Shown here: positions 28,548-37,981 of the stretch, piece by piece | Numbering within the stretch: position 1 is the first letter of the stretch | Layout of the letters: every line of letters begins with the position of its first letter | NCBI GenBank assembly: GCA_947369165.1 | Contig: CANBKJ010000004.1 | Coordinates: 4,552-68,551 of the forward strand | DNA length: 64,000 nt | Source: an uncultured Lachnoclostridium sp. | GTDB taxonomy: Bacteria > Bacillota > Clostridia > Lachnospirales > Lachnospiraceae | Reading direction: 5' to 3' | Made by a program: the position numbers and the translations under genes | The notes under the pieces: model-generated | Seen by the model: only the letters and a program-made list of their open reading frames with translations | The model's database searches: none | What the model was told of the DNA's origin: nothing

Positions 28548-29882
28548 ATGAATCCTTCATCGATTATAAATTTTGACAGATATGATGCTTTGATGGAGCG
28601 AAGTTTTCTCAAGCATCTCGGAAAAGTCACTAAGGTCGTTGGATTGACCATCGAATCGATTGGTCCAGAGGCGAAGTTGAACGATCTCTGCATCATACGG
28701 TCAAATTCGGCAGTAGGTGCTGTAAAGGCAGAAGTGGTCGGATTCCGTGAAGACAGAGTTCTTCTGATGCCTTATGACAATGTCGAGGGCGTTGGGCTGG
28801 GCAGCTGGGTTGAAAATACGGGGGCGCCGCTGCAGGTTCCTGTCAGTGATGATCTGCTGGGAAAAACGCTGGATGGTGTGGGGGAACCGATGAATTCCCC
28901 TCCTCTATCAGAGAACAGCCATCTGTACTCGGTGGAAGCAGCTCCACCAGATCCTTTGAGCCGACAGCTTATCGACGAGGTGCTTTCGCTGGGCGTAAAG
29001 GCCGTAGATGGTTTGCTGACTATTGGAAAAGGACAGAGAATTGGGATTTTTGCGGGAAGTGGAGTAGGAAAGAGTACACTTATGGGGATGTTTGCCAGAA
29101 ATACAAAGGCGGATATTAATGTGATCGCACTGATTGGCGAGCGTGGAAGAGAAGTGCGGGAGTTTATAGAGAGAGACCTTGGTGAAGAAGGTATGAAGCG
29201 TTCGGTGGTAGTTGTTGCCACCTCGGATAAACCGGCGTTGATCCGTAATAAGGCTGCCAAAACAGCGACGGCTGTCGCAGAATATTTCCGGGATCAGGGT
29301 AAGGATGTGCTTCTCATGATGGATTCGCTCACTCGTTTTTCTATGGCACAAAGGGAAATCGGGCTTGCTTCTGGTGAGCCGCCGGTATCCAGAGGATATC
29401 CCCCCAGTGTGTATGCGGAGATGCCGAAACTTTTGGAGCGTGCGGGAAATTCAGACCGGGGATCCATCACGGGGCTTTATACCGTTTTGGTGGATGGAGA
29501 TGATTTCAATGAACCGATCACTGATACCGCCCGGGGTATTTTAGATGGACATATCGTACTGTCCCGTCCGCTGGCACAGAAGAATCATTATCCTGCGATT
29601 GATGTTCTACAGAGTATCTCTCGTGTTATGAGTTCCATTGTTACGAAGGATCAGAAGAGGGTATCTGGTATACTAAAAAATGTGCTTGCCACTTATGGAG
29701 AGGCTGAGGACCTTATCAATATCGGTGCATATCGTGCCGGTTTCAATCCCAGTATTGATTTTGCGATTGAAAAGATCGATGCGGTGAATGATTTTTTGAT
29801 GCAGGGGACAGATGAAAAATTTGGTTTTGATGAAGCCGTCTCCATTATGTCAGATATTTTTGAAGAGGATGGTGAGTCCTAA
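28548..29882 (+). CDS. fliI: Flagellar export ATPase FliI
   Basis: GIFAGSGVGKSTL; LIGERGREV; MDSLTRF; HYPAIDVLQSISR. Confidence 0.96.
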   Translation: MNPSSIINFDRYDALMERSFLKHLGKVTKVVGLTIESIGPEAKLNDLCIIRSNSAVGAVKAEVVGFREDRVLLMPYDNVEGVGLGSWVENTGAPLQVPVSDDLLGKTLDGVGEPMNSPPLSENSHLYSVEAAPPDPLSRQLIDEVLSLGVKAVDGLLTIGKGQRIGIFAGSGVGKSTLMGMFARNTKADINVIALIGERGREVREFIERDLGEEGMKRSVVVVATSDKPALIRNKAAKTATAVAEYFRDQGKDVLLMMDSLTRFSMAQREIGLASGEPPVSRGYPPSVYAEMPKLLERAGNSDRGSITGLYTVLVDGDDFNEPITDTARGILDGHIVLSRPLAQKNHYPAIDVLQSISRVMSSIVTKDQKRVSGILKNVLATYGEAEDLINIGAYRAGFNPSIDFAIEKIDAVNDFLMQGTDEKFGFDEAVSIMSDIFEEDGES

Positions 29883-30329
29883 TTGGCACGTTTTCGGTTT
29901 CCTTTGCAGAATATCCTGAACATGAAGGAAAAACTGGAGGAGCAGGCAAAAAATGAATATGGTCAGGCAAATGCAAGGCTTCTCGCCGAAGAAAAAAAGC
30001 TGGAGCAGTTAAATAACCGTCTGGAGGATGCGAGGCTGCAGTTAAAAAATGTCCTGTGTGAGGTTCTGTCTATGACAGAAATACATAAAAGGGAAAATGC
30101 CGTTGTGATCCTGAAGGGGTATGTAAAGCAGCAGCAGCTGGTGGTGAAGCGATGTGAGAAAGCGGTGGAGATTGCCAGGGAAAAGCTCACCGATGCGATG
30201 AAAGAGCGAAAAATCTTTGAAAAACTCAGAGAGAAGGCATTTGAAGAGTTTATCAAAGAGGAAGGGCGCAGGGAACAAAAAGAAGTTGATGAACTTATGA
30301 GCTACAAGTACGGGGCAAAGAAAGCCTGA
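29883..30329 (+). CDS. fliJ: Flagellar export protein FliJ
   Basis: MARFRFPLQNILNMKEK; coiled coil; EQKEVDE; TTG start. Confidence 0.9.
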   Translation: MARFRFPLQNILNMKEKLEEQAKNEYGQANARLLAEEKKLEQLNNRLEDARLQLKNVLCEVLSMTEIHKRENAVVILKGYVKQQQLVVKRCEKAVEIAREKLTDAMKERKIFEKLREKAFEEFIKEEGRREQKEVDELMSYKYGAKKA

Positions 30330-30352
30330 TTTTGAAAGGATGAATAGGATTT

Positions 30353-31099
30353 ATGGCAAAAAAAGATAAGAAAAACAAAGAAAATAGTGAATATGCCCAG
30401 GAGGAAAGTGCAGGCAGTAAACTGCTTACCTTTTTGATCGTACTTTTTATCGTGATCATATGGCTTGTTATATTTGGTGTTTTGATTAAATTTGATGTAG
30501 GGAATTTTGGAAGTGAAGTTTTGCATCCGGTTCTCAAAGATGTTCCATTAGTGAACCGCATTCTTCCTGAGGTAGAGGGAACAGAGCCGGAAGGATATTC
30601 AAATATCGATGAGGCAAATGCCAGGATCCGTCAGTTAGAAAAGGAGCTTGCAGGTTTGAAGAGTGCCAATTCTCTGAGTAGTGATGAAGTCAATGAGTTA
30701 AAATCAGAGATTAACCGCCTCAAGAAGTACGAGGAGCAGCAGCATGCCTTTGAACAGCGGGTAAAGGATTTTGATGAAAATGTTGTTTTTAATGATAAGG
30801 CGCCAGATATTTCCGAATATCAGAAATATTATGAGGGGATCGATCCAGACAATGCAGCTTCGATCTATAAAGATGTAATGAAGGATCTTCAGTACCGTGC
30901 CGCCATCAAGAAACAGGCTACGATGTATGCAAAAATGGATGCGGCAAAAGCAGCATCGGTACTGCAGACCATGTCTGGTGACTTGGATCTTGTGGCTTCT
31001 ATCCTTGATAATATGACAGAGTCAAAGAGTGCGGCGATCCTTGCAGAAATGACACCGGAGACAGCGGCACAGATCACTACAAAGATGACCGCTAAATAG
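30353..31099 (+). CDS. MotE/MgtE-N-like (YlxF/FlbB-type) flagellar protein
   Basis: N-terminal TM, coiled coil, then YAKMDAAKAASVL...LDNMTESKSAAILAEM; between fliJ and fliK. Confidence 0.75.
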   Translation: MAKKDKKNKENSEYAQEESAGSKLLTFLIVLFIVIIWLVIFGVLIKFDVGNFGSEVLHPVLKDVPLVNRILPEVEGTEPEGYSNIDEANARIRQLEKELAGLKSANSLSSDEVNELKSEINRLKKYEEQQHAFEQRVKDFDENVVFNDKAPDISEYQKYYEGIDPDNAASIYKDVMKDLQYRAAIKKQATMYAKMDAAKAASVLQTMSGDLDLVASILDNMTESKSAAILAEMTPETAAQITTKMTAK

Positions 31100-31165
31100 T
31101 TTGTCTGGGAGAGAATAACAGTAATGTTTTTCCACGAATCAGACGATATGAATAATAGATAACTC

Positions 31166-31190
31166 CTGCCTTTACCAATGGGAAAGGCAG
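31166..31190 (+). other. Stem-loop upstream of fliK
   Basis: CTGCCTTT/AAAGGCAG 8-bp arms; no U-tract. Confidence 0.5.
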
Positions 31191-31246
31191 TGGGCTATAA
31201 ATAAAATAAGACCGCATATTTATGCCGTCTAGAAAGGAGATAACAA

Positions 31247-32599
31247 ATGCAGACACAGGGTATATCACTGAATGCCTCTGCGATGCGGACGATGTCCTCA
31301 AGCAAAGCGGGAAAAGGAGATAAGGCAGTTTTTGACAGCTTTATGTCCCAGAATGCTTCATCTGCCTCTGGTAAAAAGCAGAATTTATCTGCTGGAAAAT
31401 CTCAGGATCCAAGAAAATCTGGTGGGATTGCAGCCGGCGGGGATGATTTTACAAAGCAAAAGCTTTCCCTGAGCTCCCAGCCCCAGGATAAAGTTGAGGG
31501 GATGGAGAAGATGGATCTGGAAGAGATTGGTGAAGAAGTAGTTTCTCTACTGCAAGAGACTTTTGGCATGAACGAGGAAGATATCGTTGATATTCTAGAA
31601 ATGCTTGGTTTGACGCCAATGGATCTGTTATTGCTGGTTTCACCAGAGTTTCAAAATGTAGTTCCATTGAATGTTGAGAACATTAAGGCATTTATCATGG
31701 AAGTACATGGTGTGGACGATGCGAATCTGTTTCTACTCTCCGATGCCATGTCTGGTGAGTTGAACGATATCATGTCGGGACTTCAGGACATTCTGGAGCA
31801 GGTAACAGGAATGGACATCGGAAAGTTAAACGAGGGGGATGAAGTTCTTATGAAGAGCTTTGCCGAAAAGTTTAGCGAGCTTGTTGGAAAAGCAGATGGA
31901 TCCATACAAGAGACAGCAGTAGAAGGCTCCGGTCAGCAGGACACATCGGAGATGATGGCGTCGACTGCCAAGGACGAGATTCCGGTAGTTGTTGAGACCT
32001 CTGGAGAACAGGATTTGACTGATACATATGGAGAGAGCCAGCAGCCAGCGTCCCAAAGTGTGCGCCAGGAAGTACATGAAAGTCCTCTGAACGCTTTTGT
32101 AGAAAGGCTTTCCCAGTCTTTTGAGGAGGTGGCGCAGGAAGAAGTGGCCGCACCGAGAGAGATGATGTCAAACATTGTGGATCAGGTCGTTAATCATATC
32201 CGAATCCGGGTCCTTCCGCAGACGACAAGCATGGAACTTCAGTTGAATCCAGAGTCGCTGGGAAGGGTTAATCTCAATGTGACATCCAACAATGGATTGG
32301 CGACAGCTACACTTACCGTTCAGAATGAAGTGGCGAAGGAAGCATTGGAGAGCCAGTTGACGGTGCTCAGAGAGAATTTGGAAAGCCATGGACTGAAGGT
32401 GGATTCCGTAGAGGTAAATGTATCGGAGTTTGGATTTAAAAATCCAGAGGATTCCGATCATGGACAGTACAAACAGAAAAAATCCCAGGGAAGAAAATTT
32501 CGGTATGATGTGGCAGAAGAAACAGAAGTAGAGGAAGTCACGACAGAGACAGCCGAAGACAGGCGCATGGGAGACAGTATGGTGGATTACACCGCTTAA
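31247..32599 (+). CDS. fliK: Hook-length control protein FliK
   Basis: C-terminal Flg_hook domain (MELQLNPESLGRVNL...LRENLESHGLKVDSVEV); ends VDYTA. Confidence 0.9.
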   Translation: MQTQGISLNASAMRTMSSSKAGKGDKAVFDSFMSQNASSASGKKQNLSAGKSQDPRKSGGIAAGGDDFTKQKLSLSSQPQDKVEGMEKMDLEEIGEEVVSLLQETFGMNEEDIVDILEMLGLTPMDLLLLVSPEFQNVVPLNVENIKAFIMEVHGVDDANLFLLSDAMSGELNDIMSGLQDILEQVTGMDIGKLNEGDEVLMKSFAEKFSELVGKADGSIQETAVEGSGQQDTSEMMASTAKDEIPVVVETSGEQDLTDTYGESQQPASQSVRQEVHESPLNAFVERLSQSFEEVAQEEVAAPREMMSNIVDQVVNHIRIRVLPQTTSMELQLNPESLGRVNLNVTSNNGLATATLTVQNEVAKEALESQLTVLRENLESHGLKVDSVEVNVSEFGFKNPEDSDHGQYKQKKSQGRKFRYDVAEETEVEEVTTETAEDRRMGDSMVDYTA

Positions 32600-32620
32600 T
32601 CAGGAAAGGAGGTAAAAGGT

Positions 32621-33367
32621 ATGGGAACATCATTACAAGGCATTGTGACAGGACTGGATGAGCTTGCCTTTGGTAAAAAACCGACGCAGACCACAGAGAG
32701 GACGCCAGGCGGAGATCTTGGCAAGGATGAGTTTCTTCAGCTTCTTGTATGTCAGATGAAGAACCAGGATCCGCTGGAACCGGAGAAGGATACAGATTTT
32801 ATCGCCCAGCTCGCCCAGTTCTCAGCGTTAGAGCAGATGCAGAATCTCAATGAGACAGCTGTTAATTCGCAGGCATTTGGACTGGTAGGTAAGTATGTAA
32901 AGATCAAAACAAAGAGTCCAAGCGGAAGCTACTCAGAGGTAAATGGAGTTGTGGATTATATCACCATGAGAGATGGTGAAGCACAGTTATCTGTGGATGG
33001 TAAACTTTATAAGATAAGTGATCTGGTGGAGGTAAAGGATTCTTATTACGCAATCCAGCAGTATCTGCCATCAGTAGAAAAGACAGAAGCTGTCTATGAC
33101 AAATCCAATAAAAAGCCAGTGGATATCAAGATCGATCTGGGTGAAGGGGATTACGCAGCTTCAAGTGTTGTCGTGGTCATGAACGGAGAGGCAGTAAAGA
33201 ATGAATTCCTTACATATAAGGATGGTGTATTATCGATTATGCCGGGAGCTCTGGATGGACTGGAAAACGGCGATTATGAGGTAGGTCTTTACTTTGATGA
33301 TCCATATAGCACCAGCATTAGGGATCAGGTGACTATTAAGGTGACAGACAGCGGAATTGATGAGTGA
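32621..33367 (+). CDS. flgD: Hook-capping protein FlgD with extra C-terminal Ig-like domain
   Basis: [22 protein letters not shown]; [13 protein letters not shown]. Confidence 0.93.
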   Translation: MGTSLQGIVTGLDELAFGKKPTQTTERTPGGDLGKDEFLQLLVCQMKNQDPLEPEKDTDFIAQLAQFSALEQMQNLNETAVNSQAFGLVGKYVKIKTKSPSGSYSEVNGVVDYITMRDGEAQLSVDGKLYKISDLVEVKDSYYAIQQYLPSVEKTEAVYDKSNKKPVDIKIDLGEGDYAASSVVVVMNGEAVKNEFLTYKDGVLSIMPGALDGLENGDYEVGLYFDDPYSTSIRDQVTIKVTDSGIDE

Positions 33368-33422
33368 AGCAGCATCGTCATTAAAACTTTGACTGTCAAA
33401 TAATCAGGAGGTGGATAAAGGT

Positions 33423-33803
33423 ATGAATATTGTAAATAAAAACTTTGTATCCATCGATGAGATAAGAAGCAAACTGGGCACCACCGGACAGATTGCGGAA
33501 AAGACCAGCAGCGATTCTGGGAAGTCGTTTGACAGGGTGCTGTTAGACAAAGCAGATCAGATTAAATTTTCCAGGCATGCGGCGAAACGGTTGGAGACGA
33601 GAAATATATCCATATCCGAGGAGCAGAAGGCAAGACTGGAAGATGCAGCAGAGCAGGCGATGGAAAAAGGAATGACAGAATCCCTGGTGATGGTAGATGA
33701 TCTTGCATTTATACTAAATGTCAGAAACAAAACCATAGTAACGGCTGTGAATGATACAGCAAATGCAGTTTTTACAAATATCGATGGAGCGATTATAAAT
33801 TAA
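33423..33803 (+). CDS. Flagellar operon protein (TIGR02530-type)
   Basis: IKFSRHAAKRLETRNI ... VFTNIDGAII; between flgD and flgE; alternative GTG start at 33411. Confidence 0.85.
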   Translation: MNIVNKNFVSIDEIRSKLGTTGQIAEKTSSDSGKSFDRVLLDKADQIKFSRHAAKRLETRNISISEEQKARLEDAAEQAMEKGMTESLVMVDDLAFILNVRNKTIVTAVNDTANAVFTNIDGAIIN

Positions 33804-33829
33804 AAACGCAGCAAGATACGATAATTTTA

Positions 33830-33882
33830 CATGCTGGCCCTTAACAGGAAGCATGAAAGTCTTTGAATGCCAGATAAGACTT
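33830..33882 (+). promoter_or_regulatory. Two-hairpin structured leader upstream of flgE
   Basis: CATGCT/AGCATG with inner CCT/AGG; AAGTCTT/AAGACTT. Confidence 0.6.
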
Positions 33883-33912
33883 ACGAATAATAAAATTGGA
33901 GGGTTGATCCTT

Positions 33913-35379
33913 ATGATGAGATCATTATGGTCTGGTGTGTCCGGTTTGAAGGTACATCAGACAAAAATGGATGTAATTGGTAACAATATTGCGAATGTAA
34001 ATACCGTTGGTTTCCGTGCTGGTACCGTGAATTTTACGGATGTATTTTATCAGACGACACAGCCAGCAGCAGGTCCTAATGCCAATACTGGAGCAGCCGG
34101 TACGAACGCGTTCCAGATTGGTCTCGGTGCCAATGTAGCTTCTTACAGCGTTAATATGAGCGGTACCGGAGCGACAAACCGTACCGACCGCGGCATGGAT
34201 GTGATGATAAACGGCGATGCATTTTTCGTAGTAAGAAAAAATGGCGGAACCTATTTTACGAAAGCAGGTAATTTTAATATCGATGCTGCTGGTACCCTGA
34301 TGTGTGAGACAAATGGTGCTACGGTGCTCGGTTGGAGTGTGGATGAGAATGGGGAGATCCGTAAGGATACAGTGGATGCTTTAAAATTGATGACGCCGGA
34401 AAACCAGAACTCAGCGCCGAATCCAACCACAAATGTAACTCTTTCAGGAAATGTGGACCGGGAAGATAAACTGGTGCAGTACAGCGAGACGGGAGCTGGA
34501 TATCCTATTTCTGTCAGCTTCTATGACAATCTTGGTAATGAGTATACTGCAAAGCTCAGCCTCATGAAAGTGCCGGGTAACGATGGTGATGCTGCAAATC
34601 AAAACAAAGACCATGCATTTACTGTCGGAATGACGGATATTATGTCCAATGGAAAATCCATTCTGAAGAGATCAACATTGGATGAGAATGGAAACCCAGT
34701 GTATGAGCCTGTGGAGCAATATATTAATTTTGGTGGTCAGGAGCTGAAATATAATGTAGATCCTGATGGAACCATTACTTTTGATCCCAGCAATGCTGTC
34801 CTTACATTTAATGGTTCTTCCGGAGAGTTTGTCAGTGTGACTGGTGAGCTGGAAGGAATGTTGAATTTAACCCTGAATAACGGGAATGAGGAGAACAACT
34901 CATTTCCAGTAGGAGGACTGGATATTGATTTTTCTGGTTTGACTATGTATGGTGGAAATGGTAGCTGTAGTATCGAGCCGAAAAAGGGTGACAAAGATGG
35001 AAATAATACCGGAAATGCTGCTGGAGCCCTGAATGGATTTTCCATCAATCCGGACGGAAAGATTTATGCGGTATATGATAACGGAGATAATAAATTGCTG
35101 GGACAGATCGCGGTGGCGACCTTCCCGAATCCTTCTGGTCTGGAAGCACAGGGTAATAGTTTATTTGCTACTACTTTGAACTCCGGTGAGTTCGACGGTA
35201 TCGGAGAAGAGATCACAGCGGTGGGCAGCTTTTCCATCGGTGCTTTGGAGGCGTCAGACGTGGATCTCGCTACAGAGTTTACCAATATGATCACGACGCA
35301 GCGTGGTTTCCAGGCAAACTCAAGAACGATCACTACATCGGATACGATGCTTGAAGAGCTGATTAATCTCAAGAGATAA
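33913..35379 (+). CDS. flgE: Flagellar hook protein FlgE
   Basis: MMRSLWSGVSGL...MDVIGNNIANVNT; LEASDVDLATEFTNMITTQRGFQANSR. Confidence 0.95.
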   Translation: MMRSLWSGVSGLKVHQTKMDVIGNNIANVNTVGFRAGTVNFTDVFYQTTQPAAGPNANTGAAGTNAFQIGLGANVASYSVNMSGTGATNRTDRGMDVMINGDAFFVVRKNGGTYFTKAGNFNIDAAGTLMCETNGATVLGWSVDENGEIRKDTVDALKLMTPENQNSAPNPTTNVTLSGNVDREDKLVQYSETGAGYPISVSFYDNLGNEYTAKLSLMKVPGNDGDAANQNKDHAFTVGMTDIMSNGKSILKRSTLDENGNPVYEPVEQYINFGGQELKYNVDPDGTITFDPSNAVLTFNGSSGEFVSVTGELEGMLNLTLNNGNEENNSFPVGGLDIDFSGLTMYGGNGSCSIEPKKGDKDGNNTGNAAGALNGFSINPDGKIYAVYDNGDNKLLGQIAVATFPNPSGLEAQGNSLFATTLNSGEFDGIGEEITAVGSFSIGALEASDVDLATEFTNMITTQRGFQANSRTITTSDTMLEELINLKR

Positions 35380-35403
35380 TGAATCATTAATTTGATATTT
35401 ACT

Positions 35404-35438
35404 GCAAAAAAAGGAAACGTTTTGTTTCCCTTTTTTGC
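35404..35438 (+). terminator. Intrinsic terminator after flgE
   Basis: GCAAAAAAAGGAAAC-GTTTT-GTTTCCCTTTTTTGC. Confidence 0.75.
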
Positions 35439-35445
35439 GGTGATA

Positions 35446-35454
35446 TGTTATAAT
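35446..35454 (+). promoter_or_regulatory. Extended -10 sigma-A promoter for flbD-motAB-fliL
   Basis: TGTTATAAT immediately after the flgE terminator. Confidence 0.6.
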
Positions 35455-35478
35455 GGACAGAAGGAAGGGGGAGGCCGT

Positions 35479-35667
35479 ATGATTGATGTGACCAGGATGA
35501 ATGATAAAACGTTAACTTTAAATTCAGATCTGATTGAGTCCGTAGAGGAAACCCCGGATACGGTGATCACTCTGACGACAGGAAAAAAAATAATTGTAAA
35601 AGAAAGTAGACAAGAGATAAAAAATCTAGTAAAATTATATAGGAAAGAAATTTTCCAAAACATGTAG
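35479..35667 (+). CDS. flbD: Flagellar protein FlbD (SwrD family)
   Basis: MIDVTRMNDKTLTLNSDLIESVEETPDTVITLTTGKK. Confidence 0.92.
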   Translation: MIDVTRMNDKTLTLNSDLIESVEETPDTVITLTTGKKIIVKESRQEIKNLVKLYRKEIFQNM

Positions 35668-35691
35668 ATAAAGTTAAGGTGGTGTATTTTC

Positions 35692-36501
35692 TTGGATTTA
35701 GCATCTATTATAGGTATACTGGGCTGTGCAGCCGCTGTTGTATACGGAATCGTATCCGGAGATCAGGGATTTTCGGCACTAGGAAACTTTTATGATTTTT
35801 CGTCAATACTTGTTACGATTGTCGGTTCATTCATGTGTATGATGACAATGTCAGATGACATACCGGCATTTGTGAACTCCCTCAAATCCTTTGGTCTGAT
35901 TTTAAAAGTGCCAAAGAGCAACGAGGGCGAAGTAATACATACGATCATTGATCTGGCAAATGTGGCGAGAAAAGAAGGTCTTCTTCAGTTGGAAGAGGCA
36001 GCTTCAGACATAGACGATGAGTTCCTGAAAAAAGGAATCATGTTAATTGTCGATGGAACCGACCAGGAGCTTGTGACCAGCATTCTGGAGACGGATCTGA
36101 GCTGTATCGAAAGGCGGCATAACAAAATCATCAGTTTCTGGGATGGTCTTGCGGCCATGGGACCTGCCTGGGGTATGATCGGTACCCTGATCGGTCTGAT
36201 CAATATGTTAAAGCTGTTGGATGATCCGAGTTCTATCGGACCGAACATGGCGATAGCATTGATTACGACTTTGTACGGTTCTCTGCTTGCAAACTGGATC
36301 AGTATTCCGGTGGCGACGAAACTTCGTGCTATCAATGCCAAAGAGATTATGACTAAAGAAGTGATCTGTGAGGGAATTCTGTCCATTCAGGCAGGTGAAA
36401 ACCCACGTGTGATCGAAGAGAAACTAAAATCATTCCTGGCACCGAAACTCCGGGATGAACTCCTTGGCAAAGACGGTGCAGATCAAGGCGGTGAGGGATA
36501 A
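35692..36501 (+). CDS. motA: Stator protein MotA
   Basis: ARKEGLLQLE; PAWGMIGTLIGLI; ALITTLYG; GENPR; TTG start. Confidence 0.95.
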   Translation: MDLASIIGILGCAAAVVYGIVSGDQGFSALGNFYDFSSILVTIVGSFMCMMTMSDDIPAFVNSLKSFGLILKVPKSNEGEVIHTIIDLANVARKEGLLQLEEAASDIDDEFLKKGIMLIVDGTDQELVTSILETDLSCIERRHNKIISFWDGLAAMGPAWGMIGTLIGLINMLKLLDDPSSIGPNMAIALITTLYGSLLANWISIPVATKLRAINAKEIMTKEVICEGILSIQAGENPRVIEEKLKSFLAPKLRDELLGKDGADQGGEG

Positions 36502-37322
36502 TGGCACGCAGAAAGTCAGAAGAACCAGAATCCATAAGCGGTGGCTGGATCAATACCTTTGCGGATCTTATGAATCTGCTGCTCTGTTTCTTTGTACTTT
36601 TGTTTTCCATGTCTACAGTAGATGCGGATAAATATGAACAGCTGGTAACTTCTCTTTCCGAGAGAGTAGATATCTTTGATGGAGGCGGCAAAGCTGTAGG
36701 AGAGGGTGCCTTTATTTCCAGCGGTACCAGCCAGAAGATATCTATGGAACAGTATTTCAATGAATTTGAAAACAGTGGCAAGGATCCGGACCGAGAAGAT
36801 GATACTTCTGAGATGTCAGAGGAAGAGAAATACAAGAAAAAGATGGCGGAAGAGCAGGAGGAGAGAACCAGGGCACTCTATGAAGAAGTTACCCAGGAAA
36901 CTGAAAAGAAAAATATTGAACATATGGTAAATGTCAATATGGACGAACAATATCAATTTGTTCAGATATCTTTGAACGGTGCAATTCTCTTTGCGTCCGG
37001 TTCCGATACCATCAATAAATCAGCACTTGGTATATTGAGTAAGGTTGGAGATATTCTGAAAATATACGACAGCCATATGATCAAGATTGAAGGACATACC
37101 GATAAGATCCCGATTTCTGGCGGAACTTTTCCAAATAATATGTGGCTTTCCACGGCGCGGGCGACCAGAGTGTTTGAATATTTTAAGGATGAGAAAGGGC
37201 TTGATCCCAGAACCATGGAAGCTACCGGGCGCAGTAAATACGATCCGGTGGCAGATAATGAAACAGAAGAAGGTCGCGCAAAAAACCGTCGTGTAGAGAT
37301 AAAGATTTATACAGATAAATAG
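36501..37322 (+). CDS. motB: Stator protein MotB
   Basis: WINTFADLMNLLLCFFVLL; OmpA-like domain IEGHTD...NRRVEI. Confidence 0.95.
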   Translation: MARRKSEEPESISGGWINTFADLMNLLLCFFVLLFSMSTVDADKYEQLVTSLSERVDIFDGGGKAVGEGAFISSGTSQKISMEQYFNEFENSGKDPDREDDTSEMSEEEKYKKKMAEEQEERTRALYEEVTQETEKKNIEHMVNVNMDEQYQFVQISLNGAILFASGSDTINKSALGILSKVGDILKIYDSHMIKIEGHTDKIPISGGTFPNNMWLSTARATRVFEYFKDEKGLDPRTMEATGRSKYDPVADNETEEGRAKNRRVEIKIYTDK

Positions 37323-37331
37323 GAGGCTGAC

Positions 37332-37835
37332 ATGAAAAAGAATATACTTACCATTGTTATTATGGCATCTACGATAACGAACCTTGTTCTCACAGCGGTA
37401 ATGATGTTTTCCATCGTTCCTGCCATGAACAAGACCAATAAGCTGATCGATAAGGTAGCCACCGTGATCGATTTGGAGACGGAGGAAGAAGAAGAGGGGA
37501 CCCAATGGGAGAATCTGGAGACCTATGCTATTACTTTTGAAACAAAGCAGACCATTAACTTAAAGGACGAGGGTGACAAAGAGGCTCATTATGTGGTTAT
37601 TGATGGGGTTACGGTATCCTTTAATAAAGAGGCAGAAGATTACGATAAGGTATCAGAATCGGTAAAGGCTGCGAATGTTTACATAGTTGACTGTGTGAAA
37701 GAAGCAATTTCTGAGCAGACCATTTCCACGTTGGATGAACAGGCTGTAAAAGACAATGCGTTGGCTAAGATTCAGGATTTCTATGGAAGTAAATGTGTTG
37801 TGCGCCTTTCCTTGTCTGGATTTATGTTCCAGTAA
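37332..37835 (+). CDS. fliL: Flagellar basal-body-associated protein FliL
   Basis: Single N-terminal TM; INLKD; position between motB and fliM. Confidence 0.8.
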   Translation: MKKNILTIVIMASTITNLVLTAVMMFSIVPAMNKTNKLIDKVATVIDLETEEEEEGTQWENLETYAITFETKQTINLKDEGDKEAHYVVIDGVTVSFNKEAEDYDKVSESVKAANVYIVDCVKEAISEQTISTLDEQAVKDNALAKIQDFYGSKCVVRLSLSGFMFQ

Positions 37836-37864
37836 TGAAAAATGAGATAAATTAAAGAAAATAC

Positions 37865-37893
37865 TTTATATTATTTTGAATTTATGATATAAT
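37865..37893 (+). promoter_or_regulatory. Putative sigma-A promoter for the fliM-onward genes
   Basis: TTTATA - 17 bp - TATAAT with TG extension, in an AT-rich intergenic region. Confidence 0.6.
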
Positions 37894-37981
37894 TGAACAT
37901 GGTGCAGTTGCTAAACGACATAAGACACAGATATACGGAGAGAGCTGCACAAACGAGAAGTTATACAGTGAGGTGAGAAGA

